A stretch of DNA of 64,000 nt from Chloroflexota bacterium (GTDB taxonomy: Bacteria; Chloroflexota; Anaerolineae; CG2-30-64-16): NCBI GenBank assembly GCA_016876015.1, contig VGOD01000005.1, forward strand, positions 2,950-66,949, given 5' to 3'. The position numbers and the translations under genes were made by a program. Below the pieces are notes generated by a model, which was given only the letters and a program-made list of their open reading frames with translations, was not told where the DNA came from and did not search any database. Shown one piece after another: positions 27,512 to 35,311 of this stretch. The first letter of the stretch is position 1, and each line of letters begins with the position of its first letter.

Positions 27512-29149
27512 ATGTCCGAACCAGCCGATACTCGTTGCCAGGTCTTCATCAGCTACCACGAGGCTGACCGGGCGTGGGTGGATCGTTGGCTGCTGCCGCG
27601 GCTGGAACGCCACGGCATCGCCGCGCTGGTGGATTACCGCGATTTCCCTATCGGCGCACCGCGGCTGCAAAACATCGAGCAGGCCGTGGACGGCAGCGCC
27701 CGCACCATCGTGGTGTTGTCGCCCGAATGGGTGCAGAGCGAATGGAACGTGTTCGAAGCTCTGCTGGTGCAGACGCAGGACCCTGCCGCGCGACGACGCA
27801 AGCTGTTGCCCATCGTGTTGCGCCCCGCAGATCTGCCCCCCTCCCTTTCGGCCTTGGAGAAGCTCGACCTGACTGCCGAACGGCATTGGGAGCAGCAATT
27901 TCCGCGGCTGGTCCGCGCCATCCAGGATTCTGTGCCCGTGCGGTTTCCCGTGACCGCGCGCCGGGCTGGGGATGCGACTGCGTGGGCGCAATGGGCGCAA
28001 CGCTACCGGCGTCCGCTGCGTCGCGGGCTGGCGCTGGTTCTCATCGCCTGGTGTCTGCTCTTTGCGCTGCTCCAATGGCCGCCCTTCCAACCGCGCACCG
28101 GCTGGCAGGCGCTCGGCGGTCTGCCCGTGCGGGGCGCGTGGCGACTGGCGCACAGCGGACCGACCCTCCTCATCGGCACCGATACCGATTTCCTCGGCTG
28201 CAAGGCGCTCGACACCGGGCTCTGGCGCAGCACGGACGGGGCCAGGAGCTGGGCCGCGATCCCCGCGCCGCTAGAGTTCGAGCGGCCCGGTCAAGGGTGT
28301 GTGCTGGCGAGCATCGTGGACTTCGCGTCCACGGATGCCGCGCCGTCGCGCATCTATGGCGCCACTTCGGATGTCGGGCTGCTGGCCAGCGATGACTCTG
28401 GCCAGAGTTGGCGCCGGTTCGAGATAGACGCCCTGCCGCAGCGTCTGACGGGTGTGGCTGTCGCGCCGGAAGATCCCGACCGGGTTTTTGTCTCGGCGAG
28501 GGAAGGCGGCCTCTACCGTTCGACCGACGCCGGTCGCACCTGGCGCAGGCTCGATGGGGCCGCGACGTGCGGTGCGCGGAGTCTGTCCGCGTCCCTCAGG
28601 GTCGGCGCCATCCTGACCGCGGCCGACAGGGTATACATCGGCAGCCCGGACGTTCACGAACGCGACCCGCGGCCGGACGCGGGCCTCTACGTCAGCCACG
28701 ACGGCGGCGACTGCTGGCAGAGGATCCACGATGCCGAAGGCCGCTATCGCTACCGTGCCCTGGCGGCTGCGCCAAACCCCTCCGACGGGCTGGTGGCCCT
28801 GACGTTCGACGCGCACGCGGCGTCTTGCGCGGCAAGCGTCCACCTCTGGCTGCTTCACGCGACCCCCGGACAGCAGCGCATCCTGTGGGAGTCGCGGCAC
28901 ACGGCCGTGGCCCTGGATGTGGTCGCCGCGCCAGCTCCCACCTGGTACGTCGTGACCGACCTGGGCGAGATCTTTCGCGGCGGCCTGACGCAGGCTGGCG
29001 GCGAGGCGTTGCCGAGTATCCCGCAATGCGTGCTGTCCTGCGTCACCGACCTGGCATCCGATTTCGAATCCGGCCCACCGCTGCTGTTGGCTCAGGGCCG
29101 CGTCTTGCGACTGGGGACCGTGCCGTGGTATCGTCGCGTGTGGCCCTAG
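27512..29149 (+). CDS. TIR domain - TM helix - Asp-box (BNR) beta-propeller protein
   Basis: TIR: CQVFISYHEADRAWVDRWLLPRLERHGI...RTIVVLSPEWVQSEWNVFEALL. TM: LALVLIAWCLLFALLQW. Asp-boxes: STDGARSW, SDDSGQSW, STDAGRTW, SHDGGDCW. Confidence 0.75.
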   Translation: MSEPADTRCQVFISYHEADRAWVDRWLLPRLERHGIAALVDYRDFPIGAPRLQNIEQAVDGSARTIVVLSPEWVQSEWNVFEALLVQTQDPAARRRKLLPIVLRPADLPPSLSALEKLDLTAERHWEQQFPRLVRAIQDSVPVRFPVTARRAGDATAWAQWAQRYRRPLRRGLALVLIAWCLLFALLQWPPFQPRTGWQALGGLPVRGAWRLAHSGPTLLIGTDTDFLGCKALDTGLWRSTDGARSWAAIPAPLEFERPGQGCVLASIVDFASTDAAPSRIYGATSDVGLLASDDSGQSWRRFEIDALPQRLTGVAVAPEDPDRVFVSAREGGLYRSTDAGRTWRRLDGAATCGARSLSASLRVGAILTAADRVYIGSPDVHERDPRPDAGLYVSHDGGDCWQRIHDAEGRYRYRALAAAPNPSDGLVALTFDAHAASCAASVHLWLLHATPGQQRILWESRHTAVALDVVAAPAPTWYVVTDLGEIFRGGLTQAGGEALPSIPQCVLSCVTDLASDFESGPPLLLAQGRVLRLGTVPWYRRVWP

Positions 29150-29278
29150 CCGGGAACGCGTGAACTCGCGGTGTGGGTGACAGTGCGCGCGCCACGCTGT
29201 GCCATATTCGACAACGGGCTTGCCGATTCATCGCCGCTGTGCTACACTGATGGCGTTAGAATGGTAGGAGGCGGCGCG

Positions 29279-29428
29279 ATGCCGTTCCAGGCGAATGAGT
29301 TATATGAGATTCAGGATCATATCTTCGAGGGGCTAACGTACCAAGTCTATTTTGCGCTGCAGGAAGCCAGTCAAGATGCGCTGTGGGAGCGGATCTTTGC
29401 CGAGGATGACGAGAGGAAAGGCCTATGA
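29279..29428 (+). CDS. Small hypothetical ORF (49 aa) translationally coupled to the next gene
   Basis: ATG 29279 MPFQANELYEIQDHIFEGL. The stop overlaps ATG 29425 (ATGA). TGCTACACT -10 at 29240-29248 upstream. Confidence 0.3.
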   Translation: MPFQANELYEIQDHIFEGLTYQVYFALQEASQDALWERIFAEDDERKGL

Positions 29429-29847
29429 CATTATCAACAATCTCAGTTCCGGTACCCGAGCCACTCTATCGCCGGCTCGAACGCGTAGCGACTCTAACGC
29501 GCCGCTCGATTGCCGACACGTTGGCATCGGCGATCACGGTCGTGTTGCCTTCCGCATCTGATCTACCCGAACCCCTGGCAAACGAGTTGGCGGGTATGAC
29601 GTGGCTAAGCGATGCCAAACTGCGTGCGGCGACGCGGCCGACGTTCGCACCGCAACAACAGAAGCGGCTCAGCGAGTTGAACGACGCAGCGGATGAACGG
29701 CCATTGACTGAAAGCGAGCAGTCTGAACGCGCCCGATTGCTGGCCGAATACGAACGTTCGGTCTTGCGGCGGGCGCAGGCGTTTGCGGTCTTGACTCAAC
29801 GTGGGCATCGGACGCCCAAGTACGTGGAATTGGCACCAGTGCGATGA
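29425..29847 (+). CDS. RHH-like partner of the HNH gene (copy 3 of 3)
   Basis: ISVPVPEPLYRRLERVA...LLAEYERSVLRRAQAFAVLTQRGH. 4-nt overlap with the HNH gene. Confidence 0.55.
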   Translation: MTLSTISVPVPEPLYRRLERVATLTRRSIADTLASAITVVLPSASDLPEPLANELAGMTWLSDAKLRAATRPTFAPQQQKRLSELNDAADERPLTESEQSERARLLAEYERSVLRRAQAFAVLTQRGHRTPKYVELAPVR

Positions 29848-30269
29848 GTCCTGCTACGACTCCCAGAGGACTGCGCCAGTGGCTCGCGACGCTTGGCGAG
29901 CGGTGTGAGTATTGCCACACATCGGAATGGGTCACGGGCATTCTATTGGAAGTAGATCACATCCTGCCGAGCTCCCAGGGTGGCGAGATTAGCGAGTCGA
30001 ATCTGTGCCGTGCTTGCTCAACGTGCAACACCAACAAAGGTGATCAGACCTGGGCGGTTGATCCGGCGACTGGTCAGCGGACACCCTTGTTCGATCCGCG
30101 TCAGCAGCAATGGGCCGACCATTTTGCGTGGAGCGCGGATGGGGCGCAGATTATGGGACTGACGGCTTGTGGTCGGGCTACTGTTGAAGCGTTGAGCATG
30201 AACAATCCGCGCATCGTGCGGGCGCGCCGGTTGTGGGTGGCCACCGGATGGCATCCGCCGGTCGAATGA
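29844..30269 (+). CDS. HNH endonuclease (copy 3 of 3)
   Basis: CEYCHTSEWVTGILLEVDHILPSSQGGEISESNLCRACSTCNTNKG...PLFDPRQQQWADHFAWSADGAQIMGLTACGRATVEAL. Confidence 0.8.
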   Translation: MSPATTPRGLRQWLATLGERCEYCHTSEWVTGILLEVDHILPSSQGGEISESNLCRACSTCNTNKGDQTWAVDPATGQRTPLFDPRQQQWADHFAWSADGAQIMGLTACGRATVEALSMNNPRIVRARRLWVATGWHPPVE

Positions 30270-30290
30270 TTGCGGCATTCCAGGCGCGAT

Positions 30291-30319
30291 TTGACTCGCA
30301 CATTCACTTCTGGAATACT
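30291..30319 (+). promoter_or_regulatory. Candidate promoter of the STAND gene
   Basis: TTGACT (30291-30296), 17 nt ending in TGG, AATACT (30314-30319), about 190 nt before ATG 30507. Confidence 0.35.
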
Positions 30320-30506
30320 CTTATCGTTGTCCCTGGTATCGGTAATTGTGAGGCCGCGTCGCTCGCCGGTCTCTTCAACGTTTCCTCTTTGATGCGCACG
30401 CAGACTCCTCATGGCCCGTGGGCGCTTGTGGCGGTCTGATAGGCTTACTTGATCAGAAGCCAGAGACGCCTGCAGTCGGTATGGTCCCGGACCGCGGAGG
30501 TGGACG

Positions 30507-32513
30507 ATGTTGGTCCCGGCCAATTCTCATTGGGACAGAGAGGCGATTCGCGATCTGCTGATGGCGGCGTTCAGCGCCGAGGAATTGACCGCGCTCTGCT
30601 TCGACCACTTTCCTCTCGTCTACGAGGACTTTGCGGCTGGCATGAGCAAGGGGCAGATGGTTCAGCGGCTCCTCGACCACTGTGTCCGCCATGATCAGTT
30701 AGAGACGCTGCTCGCTTGCGTGCAAGAGCGAAATCCCCAGCAGTACGCAAAGCACGCTGTCCCTCTCGAATCGCAGTCTCAAGCTTCCTCTGCCTATCAC
30801 CCTTCGGTGTTGCCAGAACTGCCAGATGAGTTGCGCAGCCTGGTGCTGCGTAATCGCGCTCAAGAGCTCACGCTCCTGATGGATCATATCACCACTCATC
30901 GGCTGACGACGATCACCGGCATGGGTGGGATCGGCAAGACGACGCTGGTCCGCACACTGGTTGACCTGCGGCCGGCCGACGCGCCTCCTCCGATGTGGGT
31001 CAACTGCGCCGATGAGCCGGCCGCGGACCTGGACAGCTTGTTGTGCAAGTTCGCCGGCTATCTGGCCTGGCCCGATCTGCTGGCCTATAGACAGGAGCGC
31101 CGGCCGCCCGGCCGTGGCGACATCGCGCGCCTGACCGACCGGCTGCTCGAATCCGCGCTTCTGTGGCTCGTCTTTGATAACCTGGAGAGCGTTCTGCACG
31201 CCGAAGGCGGCTTTCGTGATGCCGGGGTGGAGTCTCTTTTCGAGATGCTGTTGGCGCGCCGGCATCAGGCTCATGTCATCATGACCAGCCGCATGTTGCC
31301 GGTGTTCTGCAATCCAGGCGTCGCCGCGACCGGCCTCGGCAAGAGCACTCTGGCGCTGAAGGGGTTGTCGCAGGCGGACGGGATTGCTTTGTTGCTCAGC
31401 GCGGGCCTGGCGGAAGGGGCTGGCGCCCAGTTGGCAGAGCTGGTGCGGCGCGTGGACGGGCACCCGTTGATGCTGTGGCTGGTGTCGGCCGAAGCGCAGA
31501 TGTGGGGCGTGGCGAAGCTGCTGGTGGAAAGCGCGGTGTGGCAGACGAGCGACATGGGGAAGTTCGCCCACCAGTTGTTTGCACGGCTGCAACCGGCGGA
31601 GCAGCGCCTGCTCACGTTCTTCTCCGTCTTTCGCCAGCCTCAGCCGCCGGCGTTGCTCGTGATGCTGGCCGGGGGCGGCGCTGCGGGCCAGCAGGCGTTC
31701 CGGCTTCTGAACCGAAAGTCTCTGCTAAGCGTGTCTCGCAGCGGCGATCCCCCCCTCTATGGTTTACACCCCCTGGTGCGTGAATATGCTGAGTCCGAGC
31801 TAGAGCCGGCGCAGCGCAGCCAGGCGCATCTATTGGCCTACGAAACCTATCGGTCCCTCCCTTTGTCCTCTGCTTCTGAATGGCGTGATCTCGACGCCAT
31901 CAGTCCGTTGCTCGAAGCGCATTATCATGCCGTTCAGGCCGGCGCGCTCGACCGGGCGGCGGCGATTCTATTGGAGTACGCCCTGCCAGACTATCTGGAG
32001 CAGTGGGGCGCGCAGGATCGGCTGATCAAGCTGTGTCGCCAGACTTTCGGCGCCGTGCCCAAAGGAGCGTCCTATGCGGACTACCTGCGCGGCGCGGGTT
32101 ATGACAGGTTGCAGAACCGGGAGGTGGACACCGCGGAACGCGCACGACTGCATCGCCAACTGGGCAAGTGCGCACGTTTCCTGGACGATTATGAACGCGC
32201 GCTGGAGTGCTATGAGCAAGGAATTGCCTTGCTCAAACAGAAGCGAGACAACCGAGAAGTGGTTCGTCTCGACCATGAATCGGCCTTTGTCCTTCGACGG
32301 TTGGGACGGCGAAGCGAAGCGTTGGAACGGTGCCGGCGCGGGCTGCAAGCCAGCGAAGGAGCGCGTGATCGGGAAGCCAAGATGGACAGGGCCGAATTGC
32401 ACATGCGGGCTGGAGTCATCCTGCTGGATGATGCGCAGCCCGTATACATTTCTGGCCGTGGTGGATCACGGCAATGGATGGTCAACAAGCGGCATGGACG
32501 TGTCGCCCACTGA
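30507..32513 (+). CDS. STAND NTPase: N-terminal effector-associated (EAD/death-like) domain, NB-ARC P-loop, TPR repeats; 3' end truncated
   Basis: REAIRDLLMAAFSAEELTALCFDHFPLVYEDFAAGMSKGQMVQRLLDHCVRHDQLETLL (EAD-like). Walker A: GMGGIGKTTLV. Walker B: LWLVFDNLE. TPR-like helices up to about 32440, then an unrelated 24-aa tail. Confidence 0.7.
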   Translation: MLVPANSHWDREAIRDLLMAAFSAEELTALCFDHFPLVYEDFAAGMSKGQMVQRLLDHCVRHDQLETLLACVQERNPQQYAKHAVPLESQSQASSAYHPSVLPELPDELRSLVLRNRAQELTLLMDHITTHRLTTITGMGGIGKTTLVRTLVDLRPADAPPPMWVNCADEPAADLDSLLCKFAGYLAWPDLLAYRQERRPPGRGDIARLTDRLLESALLWLVFDNLESVLHAEGGFRDAGVESLFEMLLARRHQAHVIMTSRMLPVFCNPGVAATGLGKSTLALKGLSQADGIALLLSAGLAEGAGAQLAELVRRVDGHPLMLWLVSAEAQMWGVAKLLVESAVWQTSDMGKFAHQLFARLQPAEQRLLTFFSVFRQPQPPALLVMLAGGGAAGQQAFRLLNRKSLLSVSRSGDPPLYGLHPLVREYAESELEPAQRSQAHLLAYETYRSLPLSSASEWRDLDAISPLLEAHYHAVQAGALDRAAAILLEYALPDYLEQWGAQDRLIKLCRQTFGAVPKGASYADYLRGAGYDRLQNREVDTAERARLHRQLGKCARFLDDYERALECYEQGIALLKQKRDNREVVRLDHESAFVLRRLGRRSEALERCRRGLQASEGARDREAKMDRAELHMRAGVILLDDAQPVYISGRGGSRQWMVNKRHGRVAH

Positions 32514-33471
32514 AAGAGTATACAGCCCGAGCTTGAGGACGTATCCTCATGGGGCCTTTGCCTTCGACGACCATGTCAGTGGGGCTTATCTCACTACCGC
32601 CGATCTGGAGCGCGCGTTTCGCGAAATGACGAATCAGAGCGAGAATCCGGTGGATGTCCTATACTTCGATGCCTGCCTGGTCGCAATGATCGAGAACCTG
32701 TATCCGCTGCGCAACTCCGTTCGCTATGTCGTCGCGTCGGAGAGCGAGGTTTTCGCGAGCTATCCCTACGACAAGTTTATGTACAGCATCACAGCCGATA
32801 CCCAACCGGCCGACCTGGCGAGGGCGGTGGTTCAGCAGTATCATGATTCGCTGTCGGGGACGTGCAGATACCCGCGGCAGATGGCAGCCATTGATCTCGC
32901 CGAAATGGAGGCAATCGGTCAGGCCGTGCGCAATCTGAAATCCGCACTACAGAGCGTGAGGTATACGTATCGAGACCAGATTAAGGCGAGCTATGACTCT
33001 GCCCAGAAGTTCGACTCGAACCTCGATCTGCGCTTGACCAACAGCGACTCGTTCATAGACCTGTATGATTTCGCCCGATGGGTCGCGCAGAGAATCCCTG
33101 CTCCGGTCGTGAGTTCAGCAGCCCAGGCCGTGATGGAAGCGATCGGCGATGACCCCGGCAGCCAGGCGATTCTGGCAGAGCAACACCTGAGCGACATCTA
33201 CTGGCAAAACGGGGCATACTGGAACCTGGAGAATGCCCACGGCATCTCCATCTACATGCCTTTGGGGGAAAGGGACTGGCTGCTCGACTTCTACGACAAG
33301 CAGGAGCTGTCATTTGTGACTGATACGGGCTGGGATGACCTGGTTCGGAGTCTGGTGGACATACTCAAACCACCAGCAGGCCCGACGCCCGTGCCTGTGG
33401 ACCCCGCCAATCGTCCCGGTCCGCTCTTCTTGTGCGCCGACCGGATCTATGCGCCGCTCATCCTGAAGTGA
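32440..33471 (+). pseudogene. Clostripain-family (C11) cysteine peptidase, 5'-truncated and out of frame with the STAND gene
   Basis: YTFLAVVDHGNGW (catalytic His region) and VLYFDACLVAMIENL (catalytic Cys) are present. The N-terminal ~150 aa of the domain are absent. There is no start codon at the homology onset. Confidence 0.6.
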
Positions 33472-33498
33472 TGAAATCGTGTTCGCTGCTCGAGATGA

Positions 33499-34380
33499 TC
33501 ACTCCCCAGGCTGCAGCGCGACATCGAACTTCCCGGTGCGGTTGAAGCTCACGCGGCCGCCGCTCGGCCGGAGACCCCTGACGACGTAGTAGTAGCTCGC
33601 CTCCCCACCGCCGATGGCGCCCGCATCGGTGCAGGTGATCGTGTCGCCGTTTTGCGTGCAGCCCGGCGCCGGCGGCAGGCCGCTGGCGATCAGCGTCGCG
33701 GGCGGGCCGCCGGCCGCGAAATAGGGCGCGGTGTGTCGCCATACTTCGTAGCCGGTGTAGCGGTCCTGATGTTGCCACGAGAGGATCACATCGCCGGCCT
33801 GCCGGCCGGCGGAGACCAGGCGCGGGGCGGCGATGGTGAGCTGGGCGCCCTGGCCCACGGACGGCTGCTCGGTCACCACCGTGCCCGTGACGGTCGCCAG
33901 CAGCGTCTGGCTTACCGCCACCGTGGCCGATCCCTCGCTCAGCGGCAGCAGCCGGACGTAGGCCAACACGCCGCTCCCCGTCACGCCCACGTCGCTCCCG
34001 TGGGAATAGCCGCCGACCATCCACTCTCCGCCAGCGCCGAGCGGCCCCAGGCTGCCCGGCGTGCGGCCGGTCGAGCCGAGGAACTCCCCAGCGGTCACGG
34101 CTTCAAGCTCGATCGCAGCAGGGTCGAAGCGGAGGAGCAATTCCCAGCCTCCCAGGCTTTCCGCGGCCGCCGCCTGGATCGTCAAGGTGAGCGCCTCGCC
34201 CGCGACCGCGGTCGCGGACGCGGGGACCAGGCTCACGCTGGCCGTGGCTGCGGGGGCCGCGCGTGCGCCGGCCAGCCGCGCCCCCGGTTCGCTGGCCCGC
34301 CACGATGCGGCGACAACCAGCACGGCCGCCGTCAGAACGATAACGGCGAGAGAGAAAGCGAGACGGATGCGAGTGTTCAT
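33499..34380 (-). CDS. Secreted cohesin-domain protein with an FN3-like C-terminal module
   Basis: ATG 34380 MNTRIRLAFSLAVIVLTAAVLVVAA (signal). LTIQAAAAESLGGWELLLRFDPAAIELEAVTAGEFLGS (cohesin-like). C-terminal ILSWQHQDRYTGYEVWRHTAPYF...YYYVVRGL...NRTGKFDVALQPGE. Confidence 0.55.
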   Translation of the reverse strand: MNTRIRLAFSLAVIVLTAAVLVVAASWRASEPGARLAGARAAPAATASVSLVPASATAVAGEALTLTIQAAAAESLGGWELLLRFDPAAIELEAVTAGEFLGSTGRTPGSLGPLGAGGEWMVGGYSHGSDVGVTGSGVLAYVRLLPLSEGSATVAVSQTLLATVTGTVVTEQPSVGQGAQLTIAAPRLVSAGRQAGDVILSWQHQDRYTGYEVWRHTAPYFAAGGPPATLIASGLPPAPGCTQNGDTITCTDAGAIGGGEASYYYVVRGLRPSGGRVSFNRTGKFDVALQPGE

Positions 34381-34611
34381 GCGCTGACTCCGGCATCTGA
34401 TTCTGGGCTCTATGCCCACTCGCTGTACATTGTACCACACTTTTCCCAAACCGGGTCCGCCCCAAAACCCTCCCTCATTTGCCAATCATCCTTCTTTCTG
34501 CTAAGATAGCCTTTGGATTCGGGGGGTGAACTCACCCCCCGTCGTCTTGCTTGGGAACCAATGGTAGAGTCCGAGAGTCTGTTCGTACAAGAGGCTCTAC
34601 AGGAGGACAAG

Positions 34612-34821
34612 ATGCAATTCAATGTCGTGATCGAGCAAGATGAAGACGGCCGCTATGTCGCCGAGTGTTTGGACCTTCCTGGTTGTCTTTCGGAAGGTGA
34701 AACCATGAAAGGGGCGTTGGAGAACATCAGTGAGGCGATCGTCGGCTGTCTGAAGTCGCGCCTCGAATCGCTGTTGCAAGAACAACGGCTCTGGCTCGGG
34801 GCGCCCACGGGGGCAAAGTAG
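34612..34821 (+). CDS. hicB: HicB-family antitoxin
   Basis: MQFNVVIEQDEDGRYVAECLDLPGCLSEGETMKGALENISEAI. SD aggagga upstream. Confidence 0.8.
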   Translation: MQFNVVIEQDEDGRYVAECLDLPGCLSEGETMKGALENISEAIVGCLKSRLESLLQEQRLWLGAPTGAK

Positions 34822-34854
34822 CCGTGCAGATGGATATGGGTGGGGCGCTCCGTT

Positions 34855-35301
34855 ATGCCTAGAACACCGGTCAAGTCATCCGCCACGGGCGACCGAGGCT
34901 TCGTCGTGAGCTCAGCCGAACGGTCGCTGCAACGCTGGCGAAGGCGCCCTGCGGTGACGAGAGCCAGCCGACGCCGAGCCTGTCCTGAGCTTGCCGAAGG
35001 ATCGGCTGTGCAGTGGTGGCAGCGGTTTTCAACCGCCCGACCGGCGGGCTTGGCATTCCTTGACCGACGTTCTAGACTGCCCCGAGCGCGGGGAGATAAA
35101 CATGTGCGGGCTTTCCAAAGAGCCGGCTGGCGTCTGAATCATATTGAGGGCAGCCACCATATCCTCGTGAAGCAAGGCAGTGATATGCACCTCTCGATTC
35201 GGGTGCACAAGGGGCGTGATCTGGGTGTCGGGCTGTTACACAAGCTCGTTGCGAAAGCTGGTCTGACGGATGACGAGTACATCGAGTTTTTCTACAGATA
35301 G
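34855..35301 (+). CDS. hicA: HicA-family toxin carrying an in-frame 213-bp MITE insertion after codon 3
   Basis: ATG 34855 MPR, then 71 foreign codons, then LPRARGDKHVRAFQRAGWRLNHIEGSHHILVKQGSDMHLSIRVHKGRDLGVGLLHKLVAKAGL (HicA core). Confidence 0.7.
   Translation: MPRTPVKSSATGDRGFVVSSAERSLQRWRRRPAVTRASRRRACPELAEGSAVQWWQRFSTARPAGLAFLDRRSRLPRARGDKHVRAFQRAGWRLNHIEGSHHILVKQGSDMHLSIRVHKGRDLGVGLLHKLVAKAGLTDDEYIEFFYR
34859..35075 (+). mobile_element. MITE-like structured repeat, copy A, with 17-bp terminal inverted repeats and CTAG duplication
   Basis: Left end ctagaacaccggtcaag (34859-34875), right end cttgaccgacgttctag (35059-35075). Internal ggcagcggttttcaaccgcccgaccg is shared with copies at 700-812 and 38820-38952. 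Confidence 0.7.
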
Positions 35302-35311
35302 ACGATCGGGC

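Noticed and set aside
32420-32460. Programmed ribosomal frameshift joining the STAND NTPase to the C11 peptidase.
   Set aside because: Both partners are truncated at the junction: the TPR array is cut mid-repeat and the peptidase lacks its N-terminal third. There is no slippery heptamer or downstream structure. A deletion scar or misassembly is more parsimonious.
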